A DNA stretch of 39,142 bases from a virus (Duplodnaviria; Caudoviricetes). The stretch covers positions 1 to 39,142 of IMG/VR virus record IMGVR_UViG_3300031912_000037, one strand, 5' to 3'. Under the pieces are notes generated by a model, which ran no database searches, was not told where the DNA came from, and saw nothing but the letters and a program-made list of their open reading frames with translations. The translations under genes and the position numbers were made by a program. Shown here piece after piece: positions 20,025 to 29,420 of this stretch. How positions within the stretch are numbered: position 1 is the stretch's first letter; the number at the start of each line of letters is the position of its first letter.

Positions 20025-21352
20025 ACGTACTGCTTCTCGACGGCACGGGCTCCTTTCTTGATTTCGCTCTGCGGGTCAACAAGGCAGGGCACTACTCGCG
20101 GACGTGCATGGCCTATGACCAAGAAACGGGACAGCGCAAAAAAGTTGGCGACGGACTCATCGAAAAGATCGAGCGTGAGGATTGGAAAAGTCACATGGAC
20201 TGGGCCGACCTTATCCTCATGTCTGACAATAACAAGTGGCTCAGAGAAGTCGACCTTTACCGCAATCGTGGTTATCCCGTACTCGCGCCGTCATATGAGT
20301 CCGCACAGTTGGAGTTAAACCGTGGACTGGGACAGAAGTTTCTTGCTGACCACGGAATCGCCACGGTTCCGTATGAATCCTTCTCCGACTATGCCAAGGC
20401 GGAGGAGCACGTTCGACAGCACATGGAGCGCGTGGTGTGCAAGCCGGATGGAGACCGCCCCGACAAGTCGCTCTCCTACTGCGCGAAATCACCCAAGGAC
20501 ATGGTGTTCATGCTGCAACGCTGGGCTGGAATGCCGAATCTGAAGGTCGGCAAGTTCATGCTGCAAGAGTTTGTGGAGGGCATCGAATTCTCCGTTGCTG
20601 GTTGGCTCGGTCCCAAAGGTTTCTTGCCCTGGTTCGAAGAAAACTGGGAGCACAAAAAGCTGATGAACGACGAGTACGGACCCAACACGGGCGAGATGGG
20701 CACATGTTGCAAGTACGTTAAGGATTCTCCGCTTGCCAAGGAATTGCTGCTACCACTCGAGAAGGACCTGGTTAAAATGGGCTGCGGCGGAAGCGTGTGT
20801 GTGTCCGCCATCATCGACAAGGATGGCGAGCCGCGCCCGACTGAATTGACGGTACGCATGGGGTGGCCCAGCTTCAACATCTGTCAGGCATTGCATCCAG
20901 AACCAGTCGAATGGATGGCGCATCTGGTCGACGGTGAGGACACATTCGAGCCGCATGACGACATTGCAACCGGCGTAGTGCTGGCGATCCCGCCGTTCCC
21001 GCAAAAGGCGGAGCGGCCAAAGGATCTGGAAGGAATTCCAATCTATGGACTTGACGAACAAAACGAGTACCGACAATTCCTTTGCCCCTGCGAGCTCGAA
21101 AGTGGTACCGCTCCCGAAGAGGCAGAGGGTGAGCTCTACGACAAGCGAATGTTTGTATCCTGTGGGGATTACCTGGTGGTGGCTACGGGCCGGGGCGCAA
21201 CCGTCCGAGAATCCGCCGATGCCGCCTACGCTGCCGCCAGCAGCATAGAGATTCCCAACGACGTTGAAATGCGTACCGACATTGGCGACCGATTGAAGAA
21301 GGAAATACCGAAATTGCAGGACTATGGTTTTGCTGAAGCGTGGAGGTATTGA
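20021..21352 (+). CDS. PurD-like ATP-grasp ligase (divergent)
   Basis: AQLE, KPDG, QEFVEGIEFS, EHKKL, GPNTGEMG, E.TVRMGWP, RTDIG motifs follow the phosphoribosylamine-glycine ligase pattern; canonical GGREHA motif absent. Confidence 0.8.
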   Translation: MNVLLLDGTGSFLDFALRVNKAGHYSRTCMAYDQETGQRKKVGDGLIEKIEREDWKSHMDWADLILMSDNNKWLREVDLYRNRGYPVLAPSYESAQLELNRGLGQKFLADHGIATVPYESFSDYAKAEEHVRQHMERVVCKPDGDRPDKSLSYCAKSPKDMVFMLQRWAGMPNLKVGKFMLQEFVEGIEFSVAGWLGPKGFLPWFEENWEHKKLMNDEYGPNTGEMGTCCKYVKDSPLAKELLLPLEKDLVKMGCGGSVCVSAIIDKDGEPRPTELTVRMGWPSFNICQALHPEPVEWMAHLVDGEDTFEPHDDIATGVVLAIPPFPQKAERPKDLEGIPIYGLDEQNEYRQFLCPCELESGTAPEEAEGELYDKRMFVSCGDYLVVATGRGATVRESADAAYAAASSIEIPNDVEMRTDIGDRLKKEIPKLQDYGFAEAWRY

Positions 21353-21573
21353 TGATCATCAAGATGAAACACCGCTGGATTTGCCCGTCGACGCTCACTG
21401 CGAATTCCGTGGGCGGTATCGTGCTGAATGAATTCAAGTGCTGTCTGCGCGTCGGCCATGACAGTCACCACCGCAGCAAGGATGGCGCAATCTGGGACAA
21501 CCGCGGCAAGCGACTAGAAGACATGGAGAAAGAGATCGACACTAAGCGAAGGACGATCGTGCTCGCTCGATGA
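21352..21573 (+). CDS. Small Cys/His protein
   Basis: RBS GGAGG, TGATG start; C..CCLRVGHDSHH. Confidence 0.55.
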   Translation: MIIKMKHRWICPSTLTANSVGGIVLNEFKCCLRVGHDSHHRSKDGAIWDNRGKRLEDMEKEIDTKRRTIVLAR

Positions 21574-22037
21574 GTCCGAACCAGCAGGCATTTCTTGATT
21601 GCATTGCCAAATGTGAGGGAACAGATGGCCCTGACGGGTATCGTGCGCTCTTTGGTTACACGCCTGCGAACGGGAAGGTATTTAGTAACGGCTTTGCGAC
21701 CCACCCTCGGATTAAGACTCCGTTCAGGGACCTGGACGGGAACACGAACTTTTCCACCGCAGCGGGCCGCTACCAGATCATTTACCCAACCTTCGTGCGT
21801 CTGCAAGCGAAGCTCAAGACTACGGACTTCACGCCAGAAACCCAAGACCTCATGGCGCTGGAGTTGATCGACGAAGACGGCGCCATGCCAGAGCTCCAGT
21901 CAGGCTTTCTCGAGGATGCGCTGGACAAGTGCGCCGGGACATGGGCAAGCCTCCCAGCCTCCCATTACCCACAACCGAAACGAACCTACGCCTATGCGGA
22001 AGAAGCGTTCATTGCAGCCGGTGGTTCGGTTGCCTAG
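21570..22037 (+). CDS. Endolysin, lambda-R-type lytic transglycosylase
   Basis: AFLDxIAxxEGT, HPR, STAAGRYQ, DFxPxxQD, WASLP motifs. Confidence 0.92.
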   Translation: MSPNQQAFLDCIAKCEGTDGPDGYRALFGYTPANGKVFSNGFATHPRIKTPFRDLDGNTNFSTAAGRYQIIYPTFVRLQAKLKTTDFTPETQDLMALELIDEDGAMPELQSGFLEDALDKCAGTWASLPASHYPQPKRTYAYAEEAFIAAGGSVA

Positions 22038-22269
22038 ACCGATCTCGGTCCATACACTGCTCGCGCTCGGCATGGGATTCGCCACCGTGATTGGAATGCT
22101 CACTCTCCAGCTGGTCTACATCTTGCATGAGCCAGCCGGGGATCATCATGCGTTTGACCCACAACAACTGGGTACGGGTATCGGGCTCGCCCTAGCAGGG
22201 CTCGGCATTTACATCTATGGTCATGGCAAGAGCCAAGCAGTACAAACCGCGTCCGAGAAAAGTAGCTAG
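22030..22269 (+). CDS. Putative holin (two transmembrane segments); start uncertain (TTG 22030 or GTG 22021)
   Basis: TMs LLALGMGFATVIGMLTLQLVYIL and FDPQQLGTGIGLALAGLGIYIYG; adjacent to endolysin. Confidence 0.55.
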   Translation: MPRPISVHTLLALGMGFATVIGMLTLQLVYILHEPAGDHHAFDPQQLGTGIGLALAGLGIYIYGHGKSQAVQTASEKSS

Positions 22270-22696
22270 GAAGATCGTGGCCTCTCGACGTGTTGCATGG
22301 CCGGAACCGGGGCGGGAAGAGGGTGGTGAGTTTCGCCTCACGTGGGGACGGCTCGCCGCAATCATCGGCCTGGTGCTCACGGTCGCGGGCGGCATACCCG
22401 TGTTCTGGACCATCTCGGATCACTGGATGAACCGTGCGGAGATCGAAAAGAAGATGAAGGACCACTCCGACCACGACAACGGGGTGCAGGCGTGGAACGC
22501 CTATAATTTTGCTGCAAACAGATTGGACTATCTTGACGATCGCAACGCTGAGTGCGACGCCGAACAGATGGTCAAGCAGAAGCTTACGCCCGACAGGGTT
22601 GCCATCTGCGCCCGTTACCAAGCGAAGTACAAGGCGAAGCTCGATGAAGCGAACGCGCTCAAGCAAAAGGCCCAGGACACCACGAAGGAAAAGTAG
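22217..22696 (+). CDS. Single-pass membrane protein (holin/antiholin candidate)
   Basis: Basic N-terminus, one TM (LAAIIGLVLTVAGGIPVFW), helical C-terminus with two Cys. Confidence 0.55.
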   Translation: MVMARAKQYKPRPRKVARKIVASRRVAWPEPGREEGGEFRLTWGRLAAIIGLVLTVAGGIPVFWTISDHWMNRAEIEKKMKDHSDHDNGVQAWNAYNFAANRLDYLDDRNAECDAEQMVKQKLTPDRVAICARYQAKYKAKLDEANALKQKAQDTTKEK

Positions 22697-25108
22697 ATGC
22701 TCACTCCAGACGAAGCAGCAGCAGTCAAGGCCGCGCAAAATGCGATCATCGACCAGTACACAACGCCAACTGGACCGACTGGCCCCACTGGTCCGACTGC
22801 CCCTACTGCTCCTACCGGACCCACCTCGCCTACCGCCCCAACCGGACCCACAGGATCACCTGGGACGGGCGCTTGGACGCTGCTCAATCAAGGACCGCAA
22901 ACGGTAGGCACGACGGTTCCCTACGCAGGGCAAGGTTTCTGGAAGCCGTGTCCTCTGAACGATGGCAGCATCATCTTCGGGTCCGGAGCGTTCCCGTCGA
23001 CTTGGAAATTCGATTGCAACACTGGACTGTGGGCACGCACGAATACGAACACCACGCAATGGTTCAAGGCTGGGATCGGCCAATCGGAAAACTATGCGAT
23101 GCGCTTGGACACTGATCGCAACCGACCGTGTATGGGCGTCGGCGGTCCCTATGCTTGGCGTATGGCGGGCGGAGACAACACAAGCTCACCATTCAATGGC
23201 GATGTCGAATATCACCCTGACATCGATGAGTGGTTCACACCCTATCCGTTTAATAACTCTACCTTCATTCCGGCAAACGCAGACGACACCGCGCACTGGG
23301 ATGCGAGCGGCAAGGGAAAGAATGTCAGCTACTTCGACGGGGCCAGCGGCTACTGGTCGAAAAAGATTTTCGGATTTGGGGCTTACTCGATCGGCGTGGG
23401 TCCTCTGCGCTATAGGGACATGACCACAGGAGTCGTCACTGTCCTGACCAACGACATCCCCGTGTCGCCCGCCAACTGGCCGCGTGCCTATTGCCAAGGC
23501 AGCGTTGATACCAATGGGCAAGCGTGGATGTTCCAAGCCAACTGGGACTACTGCACCTGGACGTGGGGATCACCTACCAATTCGAAGTGGGTCCATTCCG
23601 CGATCATCAACCCTCCACAGATTCCTCCGCTCACTGGATACACTTTCACGGACAGCGGGGCGATCTCGGAGCTCAATCCCCTGACAAACCAGATTCTTGT
23701 CTGGTGCGGGCAGAATCAGCCAAGCGGGGGCTGGCCGGGAGTCGTCAACGTCCAGAAGACATGGCTGATCGACCGTGCCAGTCTGGTCTGCACGGAAGTC
23801 CAGTGTCCTGTTCCTCTGCCCCCTGCGGTCTCCGCGGTGGCTGCTGCGATGTACTTCAACCCTGGGCGCAAGAAGATGCAGATGCTCGTCTGTGGCCCCA
23901 ACAACGCGGCGCAAATCTGGGAATTCACGCCAGGCTCGAGCACGCCGACTGCGCCAACGGGTCCGACGGGGCCGACAGCGCCAACTGGGCCAACCGCACC
24001 GACGGCTCCTACGGGGCCGACCGGCGGCACTGGCACGACCGGGATCATCACCTCGTTCGCGCTCTCCCCACGGCCTGCTGGGACCACGCTGCCCTACGTC
24101 AGCGACGGCTCCGTGAAGCAGTGCGATATGTGCTACTTCCCGCCGCTCGACATTGTGGTAGCCCAAGGTGGCGACGTGACCCATTCCGCGACGGATGGGA
24201 CCTACCATATGAAGATGGCAGACGGGACCTGGACCCAGACGGTGGGCGTTCCCAACTACCCCACGCTGATCGCGCCCCACGCCTTGCAGGATGACTTCGG
24301 GATCTTCGTGCGCGGCAATGAGCTCATGCTGGTCCCCGGCGTGTTCTCAGCCTATGACCCAGGGCAACCCAACTGCAACTACTGTGGCGGGATCTTCTTC
24401 TACAACCCGACAACGAAGAGCTACCGGCAGGACACCACACTGTTCAAGAATCAGCCCACGCCGAATCCGACGCCTCCGCCTGCAACACTGTCCCCTGGCA
24501 AGACCTCGGACTGGACCGGCTGTTGCTTCGGCGGAGTCTACGACGATGTTGCTGACAACATCGTGGTGTTCGGAGACTCTGGCGGTGGCTCGCCCATGGT
24601 CAAACAGTGGCACATGGCTACAATGACCAGGCTACCTGACATCCCGTTCACGTTGACGCCTCCAGCACCAAGCTTGAAGGGGTTCTACTACACACGTGGG
24701 CGTCAGGTGAAGATCGGGCGCCTGGCTTACGTGATTGGCTACTGGACGGATGGCACTCTCGCGAGCCAGCTTCCGCTGCTCTTCTCCTGGGACCTCGACA
24801 ACAAGGTAGCCAAGCAGCTGACGCCGCCGCCCGCTCCAGGGCCGCAGATGCGCGACAACATGATCCGACCAGCAGCAGGGGGCGCCAAGATCGTATGGCC
24901 CTTCTGCATGGGTCCGGAGGGCTACATCGACGGGATCTACGTCTACACCCCGTCGACCGACAGTTGGGCGATCGACCGCCAGGTGCCGAGCTACGGTAAC
25001 TTCATCGGCAACAGTGTGGTGGAGCTTCCCGGCAACCGCATCGGGTTCTGTGGTGCGTCCCTCGGGACCAAGCAGCAGACCAACTTCTGGATGTACCAGC
25101 CAGCATGA
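22697..25108 (+). CDS. 803-aa protein with PTGPT/PTAPT linkers and two predicted beta-propeller-like domains
   Basis: Two Pro/Thr/Gly repeat tracts; Trp/Gly/Asp-rich beta-type repeats (YTPSTDSW, YNPTTKSY, FDCNTGLW). Confidence 0.65.
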   Translation: MLTPDEAAAVKAAQNAIIDQYTTPTGPTGPTGPTAPTAPTGPTSPTAPTGPTGSPGTGAWTLLNQGPQTVGTTVPYAGQGFWKPCPLNDGSIIFGSGAFPSTWKFDCNTGLWARTNTNTTQWFKAGIGQSENYAMRLDTDRNRPCMGVGGPYAWRMAGGDNTSSPFNGDVEYHPDIDEWFTPYPFNNSTFIPANADDTAHWDASGKGKNVSYFDGASGYWSKKIFGFGAYSIGVGPLRYRDMTTGVVTVLTNDIPVSPANWPRAYCQGSVDTNGQAWMFQANWDYCTWTWGSPTNSKWVHSAIINPPQIPPLTGYTFTDSGAISELNPLTNQILVWCGQNQPSGGWPGVVNVQKTWLIDRASLVCTEVQCPVPLPPAVSAVAAAMYFNPGRKKMQMLVCGPNNAAQIWEFTPGSSTPTAPTGPTGPTAPTGPTAPTAPTGPTGGTGTTGIITSFALSPRPAGTTLPYVSDGSVKQCDMCYFPPLDIVVAQGGDVTHSATDGTYHMKMADGTWTQTVGVPNYPTLIAPHALQDDFGIFVRGNELMLVPGVFSAYDPGQPNCNYCGGIFFYNPTTKSYRQDTTLFKNQPTPNPTPPPATLSPGKTSDWTGCCFGGVYDDVADNIVVFGDSGGGSPMVKQWHMATMTRLPDIPFTLTPPAPSLKGFYYTRGRQVKIGRLAYVIGYWTDGTLASQLPLLFSWDLDNKVAKQLTPPPAPGPQMRDNMIRPAAGGAKIVWPFCMGPEGYIDGIYVYTPSTDSWAIDRQVPSYGNFIGNSVVELPGNRIGFCGASLGTKQQTNFWMYQPA

Positions 25109-25596
25109 GCATCATTGGGAGTCTCATCTTCTATGGGATCCTCGCCGCGGCGTTTGTCGGCGGGTTCGCCTTCATCGTCCACAAGCACGATGATGCAGTG
25201 CGGCAGGAGGTGGTGGACGAGTGGAAGCCAAAGCTGGACAATGCGATCGCAGCGAATCAGGCGTGCAAGGCAAGTGTCGACTCACTGACCGGCCAGGTAG
25301 GGGAGCTCAATGATCGAATCGGACGACTGGGACAAGATACGGACGACCGGATCAAAGCATCGGAAGCGGCGCTCGCCGCAGCCAACAAGCTCGCCGCGGG
25401 AAGAGATACCAACCTCAGAGCCCTCGAGTCACTTCTCAACGCGCCCCCAGGCCCGCAGGAAACGGCCTGTGCAGATGCTTCTGCCACTCTTCGCGACCTT
25501 GCTGGGAGGAGGTTGCGCTACTTCGCCGCCACTCCAGGGGGAGGTCAAGACAGTGGAGGTAAAAGTGCCAGTGACGGTACCCTGCGTGTCCGCTGA
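25105..25596 (+). CDS. Rz: i-spanin (Rz-like)
   Basis: N-terminal TM followed by coiled coil with Cys; overlapped at 3' end by lipoprotein ORF. Confidence 0.7.
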   Translation: MSIIGSLIFYGILAAAFVGGFAFIVHKHDDAVRQEVVDEWKPKLDNAIAANQACKASVDSLTGQVGELNDRIGRLGQDTDDRIKASEAALAAANKLAAGRDTNLRALESLLNAPPGPQETACADASATLRDLAGRRLRYFAATPGGGQDSGGKSASDGTLRVR

Positions 25597-25759
25597 TCAG
25601 GTTCCCGCAGTCCCGGCGACCCGGATGGATCCCAAGCAGGACGTGCGCCAGCTGGCCGCAGCAGCGGCCTACGATCTCGAGGAGTTGCAGACCTACGCAG
25701 AGCGGGCAGATGCTCTGCTCCGTGCTTGCACGGCAACCAAGGAGGCAAAGCATGACTGA
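25469..25759 (+). CDS. Rz1: o-spanin lipoprotein (Rz1-like); start GTG 25469 or ATG 25475
   Basis: MLLPLFATLLGGGC lipoprotein signal, VEVKVPVTVPC, Pro-rich, C-terminal ALLRAC; +1 frame overlap with Rz. Confidence 0.75.
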   Translation: MQMLLPLFATLLGGGCATSPPLQGEVKTVEVKVPVTVPCVSADQVPAVPATRMDPKQDVRQLAAAAAYDLEELQTYAERADALLRACTATKEAKHD

Positions 25760-25943
25760 CGAGGTGAAGACAGCGATCGAGAATGCAGGGACGGCAGCGG
25801 AGGCTGCGGCGGCGACCACTGCCAAGAGCCTGTGGGCGAAGCTCCAAGATGAGGTGAAGGTCCATCACGTCGTCGTGACCGCCGTCCTGGTCGGCTTCCT
25901 GCTCGGCTGTATCGTGATGTACTTTCTGCCCTTCAAGCACTGA
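25752..25943 (+). CDS. Small membrane protein
   Basis: RBS AAGGAGG; C-terminal TM VVVTAVLVGFLLGCIVMYFL. Confidence 0.65.
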   Translation: MTDEVKTAIENAGTAAEAAAATTAKSLWAKLQDEVKVHHVVVTAVLVGFLLGCIVMYFLPFKH

Positions 25944-25974
25944 ACTGTAATAAACAATCGCCTATAATGGGTGC

Positions 25975-26490
25975 ATGCGGCATGACTGCGACGAGTCGAC
26001 TGAGGAACTGTTGCGCTGTCTGATCTGTCGGCTGCTCTGCCGTGAGGAGCGGGGTGCCGTCAGCATTCGACAGAGCATCCTTTTCAACGGCATCACATTT
26101 TCATCTGAGGGAGCCTTCATGCTGACAGTCAAAGACACAGACGTTCCTGGTTCTTGTCCGCTCACAGTTTCGTTCGTCGACTCCAAGGGAAAGCCTGCGA
26201 AGGTCGATGGGATCCCCACGCTCGCGGTCGACAATGCCGCAGTGGTCGATTCCGCCCCAGGATTCACGGACAATGGCGACGGCAGCTTCACCACGACCAT
26301 TCACATCACCGACAACACGGGCTCCGCGCAGTTAACCGTGACCGCCGACGCGGATCTCGGCACGGGCGTCACCACGATCACCAGCGTTGACGTGGTGAAC
26401 GTGATCCCCGGCGATGCAGTGGCCGCGAACTTCTCGTTCGGAACTGTGACTCCGGATACGCCGACGCCGACTGGATCGACGGGACCGTAA
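25975..26490 (+). CDS. Ig-like beta-sandwich protein; alternative start at 26119
   Basis: VDSKGKPAKVDG...TVTADADLGTGV pattern; RBS GAGGGAG before ATG 26119; TATAAT at 25963-25968 just before ATG 25975. Confidence 0.6.
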   Translation: MRHDCDESTEELLRCLICRLLCREERGAVSIRQSILFNGITFSSEGAFMLTVKDTDVPGSCPLTVSFVDSKGKPAKVDGIPTLAVDNAAVVDSAPGFTDNGDGSFTTTIHITDNTGSAQLTVTADADLGTGVTTITSVDVVNVIPGDAVAANFSFGTVTPDTPTPTGSTGP

Positions 26491-26492
26491 TT

Positions 26493-26726
26493 TCAGGACC
26501 TAAGTCTCTCGGCTTCAGACGCCCCTTCGGGGGCGTTTCCACATTCGACGAATGAGACCTTTGCTAGTGGAACGACAAGCTGGAGATCAACCCCGCATAA
26601 TTCGTCGCTTATCACTTCGAGTCTTCTGAAAAAGCACAGACAGCCATCAGTGAATTCGCAGGTTGCTGCGTCAACAATCAGATCGCGTCGTGGTTCATTG
26701 GTGTCGAATACAATCGTGTATATCAT
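26493..26726 (-). CDS. Hypothetical protein
   Basis: 77-aa ORF with RBS GAGGGG; last gene of leftward operon. Confidence 0.55.
   Translation of the reverse strand: MIYTIVFDTNEPRRDLIVDAATCEFTDGCLCFFRRLEVISDELCGVDLQLVVPLAKVSFVECGNAPEGASEAERLRS
26518..26540 (+). terminator. Hairpin with C(UUCG)G loop at the convergence of late and leftward operons
   Basis: GACGCCCC-TTCG-GGGGCGTT then TCC; short T-run. Confidence 0.6.
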
Positions 26727-26744
26727 GCTTTCCCCTCACGTTGT

Positions 26745-29420
26745 TCATGATTTACTCCACAGTTCTTTCGCCGCTGTTTCTACTTCGTCGATGGTGATCC
26801 CGTCCATGCAGGCGTGTGGTGTGTCGTCCTGGTAGTCGGGCCGGAATGGATTAATGCAAGGCCCGCGGGCCATACGCGAGATCGCAGGGTTCTCTCGGAA
26901 ACAGGGCTGGCAGTGAAGACCACGGGAGATGTTGACATTGTGATCATATCCAGCAGCAGATGCTTGAGTGGAACCCCACAGGATGACCCCAGGGACGTGC
27001 TTTCCATTCCATCTGTAGTGGGTGAGGTGGTTACAGAAGGAGTCAATGCCGAGGTGAATCTTGGCGTTAGCGAACACATTGATGGCTCCTGCGAGCGGTA
27101 GTGTGATAGCGATGGTGCCGGGAATCGGAGTCTCACTCTCCGTGCGTAGATGCACCAGCGGGAACGCCAGGCGCGGGACCAACTGCTTCCAACGCTCGAG
27201 CGGCCACTGCTTGTACTTGCTCCAGCCTGCGGTGGTCTGAATCGTCGCGTAGTCGCCTACGTACTTGAGCGGCCCTTCCGGCTTGTTCAGTCTTAGCCCT
27301 TCCCCGTCGTTGTCGACCAGCATCTCCGCCGCAAAGTAGTCCAGCAGATGGCGCTCCATGGGCTTGTCTGGATAGCCATTCGTGAGCGGGTAGCCAATGA
27401 GGTTGATCGCCTGATCGTAGCTCTGCCATGTCTTGTACCACTCGGAGGAGTTGCACACTTCGTCGACGCCGACGCCAAGCATCATCTGTCCCAGCTGGTC
27501 GCGGGCTCCCAGCGACGGCGCACAGTAGTAGTCGATGCGACAACCTGGATGCTTCTTGCGTAGCGCCGGGATCAGGTTCAGCGTCATGATGATGTCCCCG
27601 ATCGCCCCTGGTCGATGCAGCGCGATCGATGGACCCACTCCACGGTTGATCATGGGCGCTCCTGAGGAAAGTCTCTGTTGCAGACTCGCGGTGCGATTGT
27701 CCCAGTCCTTGTCTGGTACGCCAATCTTCTCCTTGGCAATGTAGGCCCAGGCTACGGCGTCGCCCAGATTCCCTTGCTTCTCGTAGCACCAGGAGATGAG
27801 TCGCGCAGGGGCGTCCGTGTAGCATGGGACTTCGCGCCAGAGCCCCGTGGGCGGGATGGGCTGACCGAGACACTTCTTGGCGATGTTTATTGCATCTTCG
27901 TATCTGCGTTCATCGTAGGCGATGTTCGCCAGCAGCATGGTGAATTCGCACCAGTCCGGAGCCTTCTTTTCCACGCCCTCCAGCATCACTCTCGCAGCTG
28001 TGTGCAGATTGCGGTGCAGAAGGCAGCGGGCCGCATAGAGGTGCGCGAACAACCATTCGTCGCGGTATGCCTCGCCCATGTTGATGCGCTTCATGTACCA
28101 CTCGAAAGCCTGTTCCCAGCGCCCGCCGTCGCGGTGCGTGTTCGCCATGTAGAACGCGGTGCGCGTAGTCTGTTGCTCCGTCCAGTCGAGCATCAGGATC
28201 CTCAGGTTGCGGGCGTTCGCATTCTCCTGATTCGCTGATGGTTCCCCATGATGGCGGATGGTGCAGTCCTCGAGCATCGTGTTGGGCAGGCCATAGAATT
28301 GCGGGTACTCATGGCAGCGGCCCTCGAAGTGGATATTCTTGTTGGTCTTCCATAGTCGATGCGTGGCCCAGCCCTGACCGCCGTCCTTGATCCACATGGC
28401 GTAGGCGTCGTACTGAGTCCAGTATGACGCGCGTCGTATGGCGCTCGGTGTCAGGAGCTCGTCGTCGGCGTCCAGGCAGAGGATCCAGTCCGCTTTGTCG
28501 TTGAGTGCCGCAAGGTAGCGGTTCCTCGCTTTGGAGAAGTCAATCAGGCGTCCCTCTGGGTCGGAAGCCTCAAGGTAGACTTCGCTTGCGTACTTCGTCT
28601 GTGTTCCATCATCGGATCCAGTGTCGACGATGTAGGCGACGTCATAGGCTTTAGCGGCGCTGTCGAGCGCCCGTGGTAGGTCGCGCATCTCGTTGCGGAC
28701 GATCATGCCCAGGCCAATCCGCGGGACCTTGGAGATCGCTTTCAGGATGAGATCCACCTGTCCAGGTTTCAGTGCTTCAGCCTTGATGAGCTCGAACGTT
28801 CCGGTCTGCACCAGACACTCGAGGATGCTGGTGACGGTGTGAAAGAATGGGTGAATCGTGTAGTGACCTGGCGTTAGGTCGCGTTCGAATCCTGGCACCT
28901 TGTGATCCGGCATACGGATGAACAAGTGACCGTCGTGCTTGACCATCTGGCGCAGCAAGCGCAGAACTTTCAATGGATCGTAGAAGTGTTCGAACGAATG
29001 GATGCAAGTTATTAGGTCGAACACATGGATGTTCCAGGGACACCGAATAGCATCCAAGTTTTCAATGTCTCCGTGCATGACTTTCACGGGGAGATCGCTC
29101 ACCACTGGCGCAGGGTCGATCGCTTCTGCGTTGCAGCCAAGATCGTGGAATGCAGATGCGAGCACTGGGAGTGCAGCCCCGACGTCGAGGGTTCTTCCTG
29201 GTTTCCCGCCCAGCATCTTGTGGTACAGGCTCGCAGCGAGGGCTCTGTTGATGGCGCGATCGCCATCCGACATCACGGCAGGGTCGTCCTCATGATCGGC
29301 GTGCAGAACCTTGGGCGGCTGAGGCCACTGGAGCCAGCAATCACAGTTGGGACAAACGTGGTACGGCGTGTCGCGGTACTTATGCTCCGCGACTGCGGAA
29401 CAGATAGGGCAGAGCGTCAT
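26745..29420 (-). CDS. Multidomain enzyme: class I SAM methyltransferase + GT2 glycosyltransferase + TPR + GT9 (GT-B) glycosyltransferase
   Basis: CPIC..CPNC then LDVGAA, FDLITCIHSFEHFYDP (MTase); MIVRNE, VDTGSDDGT, FSKARN, LDADD, HE (GT2); helical repeats; RPGAIGDIIM, KQWP, GIDSF..HL, LWGST, CQPC, CMDGI (GT9). ATGA overlap supports start 29420. Confidence 0.88.
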   Translation of the reverse strand: MTLCPICSAVAEHKYRDTPYHVCPNCDCWLQWPQPPKVLHADHEDDPAVMSDGDRAINRALAASLYHKMLGGKPGRTLDVGAALPVLASAFHDLGCNAEAIDPAPVVSDLPVKVMHGDIENLDAIRCPWNIHVFDLITCIHSFEHFYDPLKVLRLLRQMVKHDGHLFIRMPDHKVPGFERDLTPGHYTIHPFFHTVTSILECLVQTGTFELIKAEALKPGQVDLILKAISKVPRIGLGMIVRNEMRDLPRALDSAAKAYDVAYIVDTGSDDGTQTKYASEVYLEASDPEGRLIDFSKARNRYLAALNDKADWILCLDADDELLTPSAIRRASYWTQYDAYAMWIKDGGQGWATHRLWKTNKNIHFEGRCHEYPQFYGLPNTMLEDCTIRHHGEPSANQENANARNLRILMLDWTEQQTTRTAFYMANTHRDGGRWEQAFEWYMKRINMGEAYRDEWLFAHLYAARCLLHRNLHTAARVMLEGVEKKAPDWCEFTMLLANIAYDERRYEDAINIAKKCLGQPIPPTGLWREVPCYTDAPARLISWCYEKQGNLGDAVAWAYIAKEKIGVPDKDWDNRTASLQQRLSSGAPMINRGVGPSIALHRPGAIGDIIMTLNLIPALRKKHPGCRIDYYCAPSLGARDQLGQMMLGVGVDEVCNSSEWYKTWQSYDQAINLIGYPLTNGYPDKPMERHLLDYFAAEMLVDNDGEGLRLNKPEGPLKYVGDYATIQTTAGWSKYKQWPLERWKQLVPRLAFPLVHLRTESETPIPGTIAITLPLAGAINVFANAKIHLGIDSFCNHLTHYRWNGKHVPGVILWGSTQASAAGYDHNVNISRGLHCQPCFRENPAISRMARGPCINPFRPDYQDDTPHACMDGITIDEVETAAKELWSKS

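Noticed and set aside
20021-21352. Calling the gene purD as an auxiliary metabolic gene
   Set aside because: Key substrate motifs differ and the context is late/structural; symbol withheld
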